This document shows, in pieces, positions 62,943 to 64,000 of a stretch of 64,000 nucleotides of DNA; positions within the stretch are counted from its first letter, which is position 1, and each line of letters begins with the position of its first letter. The position numbers and the translations under genes are program-made. The notes under the pieces are model-generated. The model saw only the letters and a program-made list of their open reading frames with translations. It had not been told where the DNA came from and made no database searches. The DNA is taken from positions 25,792,001 to 25,856,000 of the forward strand of contig OZ076412.1 of assembly GCA_964187785.1 (NCBI GenBank), given 5' to 3'. This DNA is from Amphiscolops sp. MND2022. Lineage: Eukaryota.

Positions 62943-63419
62943 CTATGGGTTGTAATGGAATAGAATACTTAATTTTAGATGAACACGTTCTTCAGGTCGG
63001 ATATCCAACCTGGACAGGTAATCCGCTGCGGGATTCTCTACACCTGGTACATGTGTCAAAATAAAATTAAACGGGAGTGTTTGGTCACAAAAATTCCAAA
63101 GTGGCAGAGGTATGTGTTTGGCCTGAAAGAAACGGGTGAGTGCCTTATTATCTGTCATTACCATTTTGGGCTTTTTCGCACCACACAGAATGTGACCATA
63201 TTCGTCAAAAGCAAAATGCATAGCTAAGAATTCTTCAGCGTACATTGTCAGTGGCATCTGGCCACCCTGAACTTTCTTAGAAGCAAAAGCAACTGGGGCA
63301 TACACTTTTAAGCAACCCGATTGTGGTTCAGAGTCTTCTATCAAAAAAACGTAGCCAGCTGCATTTTCACTTGCGTCACACATGATTACCAATTGTTTCT
63401 CCGGAAGGGGAAGTTTCAA
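62943..63419 (-). pseudogene. Gypsy RNase H
   Basis: IMCDAS..AAG, PVAFASK, EFLAM, TDNKAL, HVPGVENPAADYLSR. Confidence 0.93.
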
Positions 63420-64000
63420 TGACAGTTTGGTAGCCTTGAGTATACTTTCGTTAATCTCAAAAACTACATCTTTGTGACGTTGTTCTAATTTAAAAACAGT
63501 GTCTTTTTTAGTTATCTCATGAAGAACAGCTGCTTTGTCTGCCAGTTGGGAAATGAAGGACCTGTAAAAATTGACGACTCCTAAATACCGTTGGAGAGCT
63601 TTGAACGTTTTTCAATGGATGCTATACCAGTGCTAGAAATGAATTTGCCAAGGTATTCAACTTGTTCTCCAAATTCACATTTATTCATGCTGAGTTTCAA
63701 ACCAGCTTTGGACAATTGCTGAATTACAAGTTCTAATTTTTCAATCAATTCGTCAGGCGTATTCACTGCTATGCCGATATCATCAACATTCTGGGCACAC
63801 AGTGTGCTTTGACCAAGGGGTACACGTACTCGTGGACTACACTGGTGAAGGCTGAAAGAGAACGGTTAAGACCTTGGGCAAGTCTAAGAAATGCAAAAGT
63901 ACGAGATCCAAAATTGAAAGACGAATTTGGATCGAATGGTCATCTGCCATTGGAATGCAATGGTAGGACTGGGAACAGTCAAATGTACAAAAATGTTTTT
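63420..64000 (-). pseudogene. Gypsy reverse transcriptase, disrupted
   Basis: FDCSQSYHCIPM, LAQGLNRS, NVDD (altered YVDD), CEFG..VEYLG across frameshifts. Confidence 0.9.

Larger units (their letters stand above)
52978..64000 (-). mobile_element. Large Ty3/Gypsy LTR retrotransposon (5' part outside the window)
   Basis: RT-RNaseH-integrase order on the minus strand, followed by about 6.7 kb of extra sequence and a probable 3' LTR. Confidence 0.85.

Overview
AT-rich, intron-containing, transposon-dense eukaryotic DNA, most consistent with an invertebrate animal; the species cannot be determined from sequence alone. Host genes: the 3' exons of an ABHD17 depalmitoylase (+, 266-3433), an intronless PLAC8-family gene (-, 23301-23774) and a spliced tetraspanin (-, 31734-36490, first exon uncertain). 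Mobile DNA: hAT MITE, Tc1 remnant, an intact FLYWCH-MULE transposon nested in a non-autonomous hAT, a complete BEL/Pao LTR element with TSDs inserted into a ~153-bp palindrome, two CR1/L2-like LINE relics, Helentron-like and tRNA-derived short repeats, and a large Ty3/Gypsy element (-, from about 52978 to beyond the window end). The most striking feature is the ~6.7-kb interval between the Gypsy integrase and its probable 3' LTR. It carries a decayed ~1000-codon ANTISENSE gene with four phase-matched spliceosomal introns, a C2H2 zinc finger resembling hAT-transposase fingers, and a 70-nt hairpin in one intron. The non-coding parts of the same element hold dense clusters of the heptamer CATCGTT. 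Together these suggest a retrotransposon-encoded DNA-binding factor with its own target-site arrays (hypothesis). All coordinates and counts were read by eye and should be re-verified computationally.
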